Shown here piece after piece: positions 28,850 to 37,564 of a stretch of 64,000 nt of DNA. The DNA lies in the NCBI GenBank assembly GCA_965208125.1, contig OZ242320.1, positions 4,480,001 to 4,544,000 of the forward strand, given 5' to 3'. The position numbers were made by a program, and so were the translations under genes. This DNA comes from Candidatus Latescibacterota bacterium. Its GTDB lineage: Bacteria; Latescibacterota; UBA2968. A model generated the notes under the pieces. That model made no database searches. It was given only the letters and a program-made list of their open reading frames with translations, and had not been told where the DNA came from. Every line of letters begins with the position of its first letter. Position 1 is the first letter of the stretch.

Positions 28850-30259
28850 ATGAAAAAAATGACGTATTTTATCATTGTGGTCACTTTTTTAACGGGATTT
28901 GTTTGGGCATCAGATACGGTTGACCTGGTGGTGTTGCATATCAATGATACACACGGGAAATTATCTCCCTACGATTTGGGAGGACACAATATTGGGGGGA
29001 TAGGCCGTTTGTCAACGCTGGTAAAGCAGATTCGCGCAGAAAATCCCGGGCGCGTTTTGCTTTTGCACGCGGGTGATATTTTTTCGCGTGGAGAGCCTGT
29101 GGTGATTTATACGGGGGGGTATGTGAATCTGTTGGCTTTTGAAAAAATGGGGTTTGATGCCATTACACCGGGCAATGGAGAGTTTTATTTTGGGATTGAG
29201 AATCTGAAGCGACAGACCTCGCGCGTATCCACGCCTTTTGTTCACGCGAATGTGACGTATAAGCATCACAATGGACCGATTTTTCCACCCTACTTGATCA
29301 AAGAAGTTCAAGGCGTGAAAGTGGGGATTTTGGGGCTTGGTCTCATTCGGCCCTGGCATCAGTCGTCTCAGATGCTGAAGTTGCATGACGCAGTAGAGAC
29401 GGCGAAGCAATACATGCCAGAATTGCGTCCAAAGGTCGATTTTTTGATTGCATTGACGCATATTGGCGTTAAAAACGACAGTTTGTTGGCCGCGGCTGTG
29501 CCCGAATTGGATTTGATTGTGGGCGGCGATACTCACACGCGGTTAAATACGCCTTCGCGTATTGCAAGGGCCAATGGGAATGGAAGCGTAGCCATTGTGC
29601 AAGCGCGGCATTATTACCAGTTTTTAGGGCGTGTGGATGTGCAATTGCAAAAGGCGGCGCGTGGATATCGGGTGATGCGGTTGAATGGAAAATTGTTGCC
29701 TCTTAAGGAGGCAATTGCGCGCGATTCAGAGATTGAAGTGCTCATCGATAAATACGCCATGCCTTTAAATGAGGTGATTTGTCGAACAGAACGCGACTTG
29801 TCCAATGCGCGCGATGGACGGTCGGCATTGGGCGATCTGGTGGGGCAGGCAGTGTTATATCAAACTCGCGCCGATGTTGCGATTTTGGAACGCAATGGAG
29901 ATACGCACGGTGTTGCTGCGGGCGATATTTTTTTGAACGATATTTATCGGCTGCGACAATACAGACCGCCCGTAATGCTCACACGTCTTTCGCGGGATCA
30001 GATTCAGGCGGTTTTTGAGGCGCGGATGTATCTGACAGCAGGTTGCTCGTTTGAGCGCGAGGATCAAACCATCTCAAATCTGAAGATAGGGGCAAAGCCC
30101 GATTCTGCGGGCACCTATCTCGTCGCGATAGAGAGACAGGTTGCATTTCGCCATTTTCTCCGCGATGCCGCATCTGATTCTGTTGCATTCGATTTTACGG
30201 GGCAGCGCGTGGATACGGCATTGGAGCGATATTTGCGCGATGTGAAAGTAATTCGCTAA
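28850..30259 (+). CDS. Exported bifunctional metallophosphatase/5'-nucleotidase family protein
   Basis: HINDTHG, AGD, GNGEF (catalytic His replaced by Gly), THIG and GGDTH. The C-terminal domain is divergent. Confidence 0.85.
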   Translation: MKKMTYFIIVVTFLTGFVWASDTVDLVVLHINDTHGKLSPYDLGGHNIGGIGRLSTLVKQIRAENPGRVLLLHAGDIFSRGEPVVIYTGGYVNLLAFEKMGFDAITPGNGEFYFGIENLKRQTSRVSTPFVHANVTYKHHNGPIFPPYLIKEVQGVKVGILGLGLIRPWHQSSQMLKLHDAVETAKQYMPELRPKVDFLIALTHIGVKNDSLLAAAVPELDLIVGGDTHTRLNTPSRIARANGNGSVAIVQARHYYQFLGRVDVQLQKAARGYRVMRLNGKLLPLKEAIARDSEIEVLIDKYAMPLNEVICRTERDLSNARDGRSALGDLVGQAVLYQTRADVAILERNGDTHGVAAGDIFLNDIYRLRQYRPPVMLTRLSRDQIQAVFEARMYLTAGCSFEREDQTISNLKIGAKPDSAGTYLVAIERQVAFRHFLRDAASDSVAFDFTGQRVDTALERYLRDVKVIR

Positions 30260-30302
30260 GGCTTTTTGGTCCTCTTCTATTCACTGATTTCAGGAGATTT
30301 CA

Positions 30303-31592
30303 ATGCATTATAAAACACCGATTACCGATGGTCAAATTGAAGCCAATTTCGAGCACGCCGCCGAACAGTACGCCGCTTTCGGCGTGGATATTGAACGGGC
30401 TGTGGATAGAGCACTCGAAGTGCCGATCTCGCTCCATTGCTGGCAGGGTGATGATGTGGCGGGTTTTGAAGTGAAAGATGAAGCAGTTGAAGGCGGCGGC
30501 ATTATGGCTACGGGCAATTATCCCGGTCGCGCACGCAATGGAGATGAGCTTCGTCGAGATCTGAAAAAAGTGGTTGATCTGTTGCCGGGACCACACAGGG
30601 CAAATATCCACGCTTCTTATGGTGATACAGGTGGCAAAGTCGTCGATCGCGATGCTCTGGAGCCTGAGCACTTTGCAAGCTGGATTGATTGGGCAAAGAC
30701 ATACGATATTGGTATTGATTTTAATCCCACTTATTTTGCACATCCCAAAGCGAATGATGGTTTTACCTTGAGCCATCCAGATAAGGGTATTCGCGATTTC
30801 TGGATTCAACACGGTATTGCGAGCCGCCGCATCTCTGAAGCTATTGGGAAAGCACTGGGGGATGAGGTTGTCAACAATCACTGGATTCCCGATGGTGCCA
30901 AAGACCATCCCGCTGATCGGTGGACGCCTCGCGAGCGTCTGGTGGAGGCATTGGATACTGTTTTTGACGATGGTCTGGGCATAGGTCCCGAAAGCGTTGA
31001 TGCGGTTGAAGGCAAGCTCTTTGGATTGGGTATGGAGGACTATACGGTCGGGTCCAATGATTTTTATGCCAATTACGCGTTGACCCGGGGCGTACTTCTC
31101 TGTCTCGATATGGGACATTTTCATCCGACTGAGTCGATTGCCGACAAGCTCTCAGCGCATTTTGCATTTCACGATAAGCTGCTCATCCACACGAGCCGCC
31201 CCATTCGCTGGGACTCGGATCACGTCGTTCTCTTTAGCGATGATGTGCGCCATGTTTTTCTGGAACTCGCCCGCCACAATGCGATTGACCGCATGTATCT
31301 CGCGCTCGATTTCTTCGATGCGAGCATCAATCGCACAGCAGCTTATGTTATTGGCACGCGCGCCACGCGCAAAGCCCTCCTCTATGGCCTCGTTGATCCG
31401 ACTGATCGCCTGCGCCAACTCGAAGCTGAGGGCAAGCTCGCGCAAAAACTCGCGCTGATGGAAGATATGAAGACGATGCCATTTTCCGCTGTGTGGGATA
31501 TGTGCTGCCTCAAAGCCAATGTGCCTATTGGCGCTTCATGGCTCGATGAGATAGAGGCTTACGAACGCGATGTGTTGTCGCAACGCGATTGA
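30303..31592 (+). CDS. rhaA: L-rhamnose isomerase
   Basis: SLHCWQGDDVAGFE, ATGNYPG, DFNPT, WIPDG, LDMGHFHPTE, RWDSDHVV and LDFFDASINR. Confidence 0.96.
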   Translation: MHYKTPITDGQIEANFEHAAEQYAAFGVDIERAVDRALEVPISLHCWQGDDVAGFEVKDEAVEGGGIMATGNYPGRARNGDELRRDLKKVVDLLPGPHRANIHASYGDTGGKVVDRDALEPEHFASWIDWAKTYDIGIDFNPTYFAHPKANDGFTLSHPDKGIRDFWIQHGIASRRISEAIGKALGDEVVNNHWIPDGAKDHPADRWTPRERLVEALDTVFDDGLGIGPESVDAVEGKLFGLGMEDYTVGSNDFYANYALTRGVLLCLDMGHFHPTESIADKLSAHFAFHDKLLIHTSRPIRWDSDHVVLFSDDVRHVFLELARHNAIDRMYLALDFFDASINRTAAYVIGTRATRKALLYGLVDPTDRLRQLEAEGKLAQKLALMEDMKTMPFSAVWDMCCLKANVPIGASWLDEIEAYERDVLSQRD

Positions 31593-31611
31593 GCTACTTT
31601 GATCCAGATAC

Positions 31612-31647
31612 AAAAACGCCCGTCAGAACAATTTGGCGGGCGTTTTG
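31612..31647. terminator. Bidirectional intrinsic terminator between convergent genes
   Basis: AAAACGCCCGTCAGA-ACAA-TTTGGCGGGCGTTTT hairpin with A and T tracts. Confidence 0.8.
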
Positions 31648-31670
31648 TTATGTGCAGATGAATCAGTCGC

Positions 31671-32501
31671 TCAAATCGTCAATGTCACGAAATCCTTTTT
31701 TACGATCTCTTTTTCATGCGTATAAGATTGTGTTTCGAGAAGCTCTCGCGTTTCGGGTGAAAGCCGCGCCAGTATTGAATCGGGATATTCGCGGATTTGT
31801 CGGTGATATTGCGGGCGGTATCTGAGAATAAAGAAACGACGATCCCGATCTTTGGGTTGCCAGGCCATTGCCCCATGTGTCATCAATTCTGTGGTTACGA
31901 CAATATCGCCAGCCCGGGCTGTGATATTTGCCACGCCGAGGGGTACGTCTTTTTCGATCCATCCGTCGTTGAACACATCGGGTGGTCGCTTAAAATCGCT
32001 TTTGTGTGACCCCGGCACGAGCAGCAATCCGCCATCTCCGGGCAAGACATCGGTCAGATAGATAAATACCACCAGGTCGTCGCAATAAATTTTTCCATCG
32101 TCACAGCTATATCGACAGCTATAGGGGCCAAAACTCTCGCGCGAACAATGCAATCGATGAACGGGATCTTTAGCCGTATTGATCCGCACTTCACCGCTGT
32201 TTAGCCTCGGTCGTCGCCCAGATACTTCCAGTACAATGGGCCAGAATGAACGGTGGAAGACCAACGCTTCCAGTACTTTGTCAAAAGCAAAAGCGTATTT
32301 GAATTGTGTGCGATTTTTGTCAAATAATGAGGTTGAACGCCCAAATCCTTCGGGCAGTTCATCGTCTGAGGCATTTACGTACCGATTTATAGCCTGCTGT
32401 ACGGCTTTCAGTTCTGTTCGTTTAAGTGCTTGTTCCAGATGCAGATATCCCATCATATCGAATAAATAGCGCTGTGCATCTGTCATCATGATGACCTCCA
32501 A
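31671..32501 (-). CDS. PhyH-family Fe(II)/2OG enzyme with an atypical facial triad
   Basis: YLFDMMGYL, YLTDV..GDGGLLLVPGSHK, AGD, THG and DRR. First ligand motif reads LHCS rather than HxD. Confidence 0.85.
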   Translation of the reverse strand: MEVIMMTDAQRYLFDMMGYLHLEQALKRTELKAVQQAINRYVNASDDELPEGFGRSTSLFDKNRTQFKYAFAFDKVLEALVFHRSFWPIVLEVSGRRPRLNSGEVRINTAKDPVHRLHCSRESFGPYSCRYSCDDGKIYCDDLVVFIYLTDVLPGDGGLLLVPGSHKSDFKRPPDVFNDGWIEKDVPLGVANITARAGDIVVTTELMTHGAMAWQPKDRDRRFFILRYRPQYHRQIREYPDSILARLSPETRELLETQSYTHEKEIVKKDFVTLTI

Positions 32502-32510
32502 AGAGAGATT

Positions 32511-33344
32511 TCACCCATAAGCGCCGTGGTCTAAGAATCCGACCAAGCGTCTGAGTCTGGGGTTTGCGTTGCGATAGATATGCTCGGGCATGGTGTAATT
32601 CATAAACGGATAGTATTTGTGGCCGATGAGTCGTCTGCCATAGGTGATTTGCGTGATGTAGCGGCTGCGATTGCTCTGATTTGGTCCCCCTCTGTGCCAG
32701 ACCTGATTGTTGAACATGATGACGCTACCGGCTTTGCCGAGGTTGTAATGCACTTTGTCCTGCCATTTTTCCCATGTAACCTGGCGTGGGTTTTCGCCAA
32801 TGAGATGTGATCCCGGGATGACTTCTGTGCCGCCATGTTCGATTTTCGTCACATCGGTGAGATAATAATTGCAGGTGAATACGAGTACGGGAAGGTGGAT
32901 GTTTGTCGGTGGCTTGCCATCGGTGACAATATAATGCGGGGCGTCGTCCTGATGCCAGGTGGTGAGGCCTCCGCCGGGGGGCGTGATGAAGGAGTTGTTG
33001 TGTATAACGTGACAATTTGCGTCAACAAGGGCTTCGGCAAAGCTGACGATGGGCTCGAGGTCAAACAGGTTGAGGTTGGCCGGGCTGTGCTCAAACATGC
33101 GATGGCACAGGCGGTGGCTGGATTTCCCACTTTGTGGGCTGAGCTTGCCATTGGGGTCTTTATCTCGGCTGGTAAAATGCGCGAGAGACCAGTCGAGATC
33201 CGCTTTGAGTTGTGCGATGTGTTCTTCTTTTAAGACATTTTCGAGAAATAGAAACCCATCTCTGTTAAATTGTTCTACCCATTGGGAAATTTGATCTGCA
33301 TCGAGTGGATAATTGGATTCAAAGCACTGGTTTTGTGGTTTCAT
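32511..33344 (-). CDS. PhyH-family Fe(II)/2OG dioxygenase
   Basis: FNRDGF, WHQD, YLTDV, GGTEVIPGSH and WHRGG...R. Confidence 0.92.
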   Translation of the reverse strand: MKPQNQCFESNYPLDADQISQWVEQFNRDGFLFLENVLKEEHIAQLKADLDWSLAHFTSRDKDPNGKLSPQSGKSSHRLCHRMFEHSPANLNLFDLEPIVSFAEALVDANCHVIHNNSFITPPGGGLTTWHQDDAPHYIVTDGKPPTNIHLPVLVFTCNYYLTDVTKIEHGGTEVIPGSHLIGENPRQVTWEKWQDKVHYNLGKAGSVIMFNNQVWHRGGPNQSNRSRYITQITYGRRLIGHKYYPFMNYTMPEHIYRNANPRLRRLVGFLDHGAYG

Positions 33345-33359
33345 AATGGCCTCCAGCAG

Positions 33360-35375
33360 TCAAGCCTGCCCAACCACTAAGAACGGCAAGGCATCCCGTA
33401 TTTCGATGTGGGCGTCGCGAGACACTGTTTCGGTTTCTCCCGTGCATAGATGATAGATGCGAACAGGGCTGGTGTCGAGTGAAAAATCAAGGGTGTTGAG
33501 ATCAAAAATATCTCGGACAGGTAGTACGAGTGCGAGTTGGCGATGGGTGTTGTTGAGATACAGGACGCGGTTGTTTTCGCATATTTGTTCGGCGGGGTCT
33601 GTAAAGGTGGTGGCGTGAACGGGGCTGTTGAGGAGCGTGTTGAGACAACGCAGGGTGTGAAAAGGGGGGCGGGGATTGCAGAGGGTGTCGAGCAATCCAT
33701 GTGTGACATCCATTGTGCGGTCAAAGTCGGTGAGTGGATCGACGAAGAGACGCGCTCCCGGCAGGCGGACAATGGCAAATGTGGCTTCGGCAATTCGGCG
33801 GGCACTGGTGTTGTCGTTCTGCGTGTCTAATTCGAGGGATATGTCGATGTGGCCGATATTAGAGTATTTGCGTTCGCTCAGGGATTGGATATGAGTCCAG
33901 GGCGATTCGTTGGGCGGTACGCGACAGATTACGCGTTGAAGGTGAATATCGGCGTTTTGGAGGCTATCGAGTTCGTTGAGGTGATAACCCATTCGGGTTC
34001 GCAGGTGTTGTTTGCCGTGTACGCGCTCGTTGGGGATGATCGGGCAAAGCGAGAGTTCTGCAAGTTCTGTACATCGGTTGAGTGTCTCGCAAACTTCATC
34101 GGATAGTTGCGCGGGATTAGATATCTGAATTTCCCAGTTCTGTATGAGATCGCGGTTGGCTTTGATGTGTTCGGGCAATGAGGCGATGCGCGGTTCGAGG
34201 AATGTGGCAATGGGCGTTATTCCTTCGGAGCAGAGTATTTCGAGGCGCGTGCGCTGAAAGGGATCTCGCAGGTCGCGCCAGGGAAAGCGCGCGAATTTAG
34301 CGCCGAGTTCTATGCAGGCCAAAAGATGCTGGTCATTGCGTACTTTTTGACGTATGACAGAGGGATAGGCGATTGGGACTTCCGCAATGGGCGTGATGGG
34401 GTGGTGAAGGGTGAGTCCTATGGGAGAAGACAGATCGGCGGATGTGCAGGTGATGAGATGGTCGTGAGCAGGGCGTTTTATTTTGCCTTTTGTGCGGATG
34501 AAGTGGATGTCGGTGTGATCGGCGCGTATGCGGAGGAGATAAAATCCCAACTTGCCCGTGTCATCTCGCCCCTGTTCGGGGGGGGAAGCACTGGCGTAGA
34601 GATGGCCGAATCCGGGGCGCGTAAAGGACGTAGAAGGGGTGATGAAATAGCGCGTTTTGCCAATTTTGTCATAAAAGGGATAGTGGACGTGTGCCGCGAA
34701 GAGGAGTTCGATCCCGTATTTTTGAATCAATGCAAGGAGGCGGTCTCGATCTGGCTGGCTGATATTGTCGTAGTGTCCCAATCCCGGTTCATTGTTATCC
34801 CAAAGATAGAGGGGGAGGTGAAAAAAGAGAAAGAGCCGCTGGTTTTTATGTTTTTCAAGGTAGGATTCAAACCATTTCCACTGGTCGTCTGCTTCGGGGA
34901 TTTTTGAGTTGAAGATCTGGGAATTGAGCACGATAAAATGACAATCGTCACGGTCAAAACTGTACCAGGAAGGACCAAAGAGGCCATGGAAGAATGCGAG
35001 CGATTCCGCGGTTGCCGCATGAGTGGGCATGGTGGGATCGGTTTTGTCGCCGACATCGTGATTGCCAGCGACATAGTGGGGAGAAATATTGCAGGCGTGT
35101 ATCTGATCGCGCGCTTCGAGCATCGCGCGTTTGAAGTCCGGCGTTTCGGGGTATTCCTGGACGAGGTCGCCCATGTGGATGACAAAGTCGGCCCCAATAT
35201 CGGATACCTGTTGCAGGGCAATGCCGGCGCGTTGGGTTTGCACGCGGCGCGATTCAAATTCGAGAGGGCGGTCGCCAACGTCAATCATGTAATGCGTGTC
35301 GGCGATGACCACGCATTCAAATTGAGCGGGGGGGAGGTGGGTTTTATCGAAGATTATTCTTTTTCCGCTTTCCAT
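33360..35375 (-). CDS. Calcineurin-like metallophosphoesterase with a large unknown C-terminal region
   Basis: DTH, GD, GNHD, HLP and AHVH motifs in the first ~290 aa. Confidence 0.82.
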   Translation of the reverse strand: MESGKRIIFDKTHLPPAQFECVVIADTHYMIDVGDRPLEFESRRVQTQRAGIALQQVSDIGADFVIHMGDLVQEYPETPDFKRAMLEARDQIHACNISPHYVAGNHDVGDKTDPTMPTHAATAESLAFFHGLFGPSWYSFDRDDCHFIVLNSQIFNSKIPEADDQWKWFESYLEKHKNQRLFLFFHLPLYLWDNNEPGLGHYDNISQPDRDRLLALIQKYGIELLFAAHVHYPFYDKIGKTRYFITPSTSFTRPGFGHLYASASPPEQGRDDTGKLGFYLLRIRADHTDIHFIRTKGKIKRPAHDHLITCTSADLSSPIGLTLHHPITPIAEVPIAYPSVIRQKVRNDQHLLACIELGAKFARFPWRDLRDPFQRTRLEILCSEGITPIATFLEPRIASLPEHIKANRDLIQNWEIQISNPAQLSDEVCETLNRCTELAELSLCPIIPNERVHGKQHLRTRMGYHLNELDSLQNADIHLQRVICRVPPNESPWTHIQSLSERKYSNIGHIDISLELDTQNDNTSARRIAEATFAIVRLPGARLFVDPLTDFDRTMDVTHGLLDTLCNPRPPFHTLRCLNTLLNSPVHATTFTDPAEQICENNRVLYLNNTHRQLALVLPVRDIFDLNTLDFSLDTSPVRIYHLCTGETETVSRDAHIEIRDALPFLVVGQA

Positions 35376-35779
35376 TCGGCGATTTTTTCATCGGCTTTGC
35401 GACGCAGTTCGCGGCCCTTGTCCGGGGTGGGGTCTTTTATAAGGCCATAGACCTGGCGGCCTTCGTGATCTTCGGGTAAGTATTCCGTAATGGGCATGCC
35501 TTCGGGAGTGACAAAGAGCAGGCAGTGACAGTATTTGAAGATTTTCATTTCGTCACAGGCACAGACCCATTCGCGGCTGCGTTCGAGTTCGGCCTTTTTG
35601 TCGGGATAAAAGTTGCAGGGGCAAAGCGGACGGCCCAGTTCATCGATGTTTTCTGCAAGACCGCAGATGACTGTGTCGGCGACTTCTCGGGTTGGATGCG
35701 GCGATGTCCCGGTTTTCTCCCAGTATTTTTCCGTGTATATCTGCATTCTTTTGAGGCTTTTTTCTGAGGGTTCAGACAT
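35354..35779 (-). CDS. ftrC: Ferredoxin-thioredoxin reductase catalytic subunit
   Basis: CPC, CAC and CHC motifs (LCPCNFY...WVCACDEM...YCHCLLF). GGAGG RBS. Confidence 0.92.
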   Translation of the reverse strand: MSEPSEKSLKRMQIYTEKYWEKTGTSPHPTREVADTVICGLAENIDELGRPLCPCNFYPDKKAELERSREWVCACDEMKIFKYCHCLLFVTPEGMPITEYLPEDHEGRQVYGLIKDPTPDKGRELRRKADEKIAEWKAEKE

Positions 35780-35814
35780 GACAATACCTCCAGTTTTGAG
35801 ATCTTGTGTTTGGA

Positions 35815-36627
35815 CTACAAGTGGCTGTTGAGATAATCCATAGATTTTCGGAGTTCTGCTCTGGCATCGCCCGGGGGGATGCTACATTCAAAGCCGCAGT
35901 AGTGTTCGTAGCCGATGTCGGATAGTGCTTTGAGCGGGGGACCAAAATCCGTGTGACCATAGCCGGGTAAGATGCGATTGCTGTCGGCCAGATGTACATT
36001 GGCGATGTGTTTGCCCCCTGCGCGGATGGCTTCGGCGATATCGGCTTCTTCGATGCTCATGTGGAAGAGATCGGCCATGGTGGCAATGAATGGGCTGCCC
36101 ACGGCTTCGCAGATTTCAACGCTCTGGGCTACCGTGCAGGGCCACCACTGTTCGTAGCGGTTCAAGGGTTCTATAATCAGACGACTGCCGCACGCCTCGG
36201 CATGCGGTGCGATGTCTTGTTTGAGAATTTCGATGAGGAGATCTTTTTCAAGTGTCGATGTGCTGTACAGGGGCGAGAGGTCGGGGATGCGTTCGCCACC
36301 GCCCATTTTAATGCCGATAAGTGGTGGGAATATCACGCCTACACCGCCGACTTCAGCACACAGAGTCAGGGCGTCGTTAATGGATTTTACGGCTGCGTTG
36401 CGTTCCTGGGGGCGCGCGTCGAGCAGACCTTTACTGCCCCGGGAAGAGCAGATATTGGGCACGATACCCGTCGCGTCTGACGCTGCTTTGATCTCATCTG
36501 CAAAATCTGCGGTGCTGCTATTGGTGATTTCAATGCCGGAAAAGCCGAGTTCTTTGAGGGTCTGGAATTTTTCCATCAGGGTGTTGCCAGGAGCCATGGG
36601 TTCGCGAAGAGAATATTTGATGGTCAT
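35815..36627 (-). CDS. Sugar phosphate isomerase/epimerase (xylose isomerase-like TIM barrel)
   Basis: IEPLNRYE, DLFHM, HLADSNR..PG.G..DF and FEC metal motifs. Confidence 0.92.
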   Translation of the reverse strand: MTIKYSLREPMAPGNTLMEKFQTLKELGFSGIEITNSSTADFADEIKAASDATGIVPNICSSRGSKGLLDARPQERNAAVKSINDALTLCAEVGGVGVIFPPLIGIKMGGGERIPDLSPLYSTSTLEKDLLIEILKQDIAPHAEACGSRLIIEPLNRYEQWWPCTVAQSVEICEAVGSPFIATMADLFHMSIEEADIAEAIRAGGKHIANVHLADSNRILPGYGHTDFGPPLKALSDIGYEHYCGFECSIPPGDARAELRKSMDYLNSHL

Positions 36628-36673
36628 AATCAGTTCCGATATGAGCTGGAAATTTATGGTAACGCATACAGAC

Positions 36674-36706
36674 AATATACCGTCTTGTAGATAAAAGGCA
36701 AGTTCA
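36674..36706 (-). repeat. 33-bp direct repeat, copy 1 (contains a minus-strand TTGCCT-16-TATATT promoter)
   Basis: AATATACCGTCTTGTAGATAAAAGGCAAGTTCA, 30/33 identical to 37526-37558. Confidence 0.85.
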
Positions 36707-36753
36707 CGACTACGCTGAGCGGTAGGGAATGGTTTAATGAGGCGGGCGAGATT

Positions 36754-36885
36754 TTATGATGGGATACCAGAGTGCTCAATGCCACGATCAGCAAGGCGGA
36801 TTTCCCTTAGAGATCGGTCAACTTGCTCGAGACCATATTGGTGAACCATCAAACGCAGCGTATCTTTGAGTTTAGCTTTAGTCAT
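36754..36885 (-). CDS. Small 43-aa ORF or gene remnant coupled to the DUF4926-like gene
   Basis: MTKAKLKDTLRLMVHQYGLEQVDRSLREIRLADRGIEHSGIPS, translated by hand. Its ATG overlaps the upstream stop (ATGACTAA). Confidence 0.4.
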   Translation of the reverse strand: MTKAKLKDTLRLMVHQYGLEQVDRSLREIRLADRGIEHSGIPS

Positions 36886-37141
36886 AAGCCATCCGTTCTT
36901 CAGCCATTCCACGCACACTCAGCACTTGATCAGCACGTAGCGATTCAATTGCAGAGATTGGCACTGCAACCACCGATACTGATTCACCGATGGCATTAAA
37001 AACCTCCAGGATTGCGCCTTCTTCACCATCTGTAGGATGCGGTACATACTCAACTACGACAGCAACATCACCCTGTTTTAAGTTTTCCTCTGGTATGTTG
37101 CACGTTAGTGCCACTTCCTCATATAGTTCTGGTTTTGTCAT
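36878..37141 (-). CDS. DUF4926-family protein (putative antitoxin/immunity protein)
   Basis: LYEEVAL...LKQGDVAVVVE...EVFNAIGESVSVVAV pattern. Confidence 0.75.
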   Translation of the reverse strand: MTKPELYEEVALTCNIPEENLKQGDVAVVVEYVPHPTDGEEGAILEVFNAIGESVSVVAVPISAIESLRADQVLSVRGMAEERMAYD

Positions 37142-37142
37142 A

Positions 37143-37466
37143 TCAATCCCTATCTGGTTTGAGGGTTACGAACCTGAACTTTTCATCTCCAGCATGGACA
37201 ATCCAGATTGTTACAACAGATAGTATATCACTTGGACCTATCAATTCACCCGTGATCCTATAGAATGTGCCATATCTGTTTTCTCTTTCTTGCACAGGGT
37301 CATTCTGGGCAATTAAATCACGGATAGCTCGTGCAAGAATAGCAGGGTTTTCTATTGTAAATCCTGCTCGTGACAGAAATTTTGATTTATCATTACGCAC
37401 CCGCGAAACCAGTAAGTATTTGGTCAACTTTTCTGAAGGAATAACAACGTCTGATGGATCTATCAT
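37143..37466 (-). CDS. DUF6883-family protein (putative toxin-like domain)
   Basis: EKLTKYLL...DKSKFL..AGF...YG..Y...G.L.GP...VVTIW...RFVTL.P pattern, adjacent to the DUF4926-like gene. Confidence 0.72.
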   Translation of the reverse strand: MIDPSDVVIPSEKLTKYLLVSRVRNDKSKFLSRAGFTIENPAILARAIRDLIAQNDPVQERENRYGTFYRITGELIGPSDILSVVTIWIVHAGDEKFRFVTLKPDRD

Positions 37467-37525
37467 AAAACATGTACGGGCGTCGTGAATAGTGAGTTGG
37501 GGTGTCGAGATACGCTTCTAAAGTT

Positions 37526-37558
37526 AATATACTGTCTTGTGGACAAAAGGCAAGTTCA
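37526..37558 (-). repeat. 33-bp direct repeat, copy 2 (contains a minus-strand TTGCCT-16-TATATT promoter)
   Basis: AATATACTGTCTTGTGGACAAAAGGCAAGTTCA. Confidence 0.85.
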
Positions 37559-37564
37559 GGGAGG

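Noticed and set aside
30300-31124. 274-aa minus-strand ORF and other long antisense ORFs (such as 39040-39813, 49770-50555, 50872-51675, 57472-58296)
   Set aside because: They are shadows of well-supported genes on the opposite strand and have no recognisable motifs.
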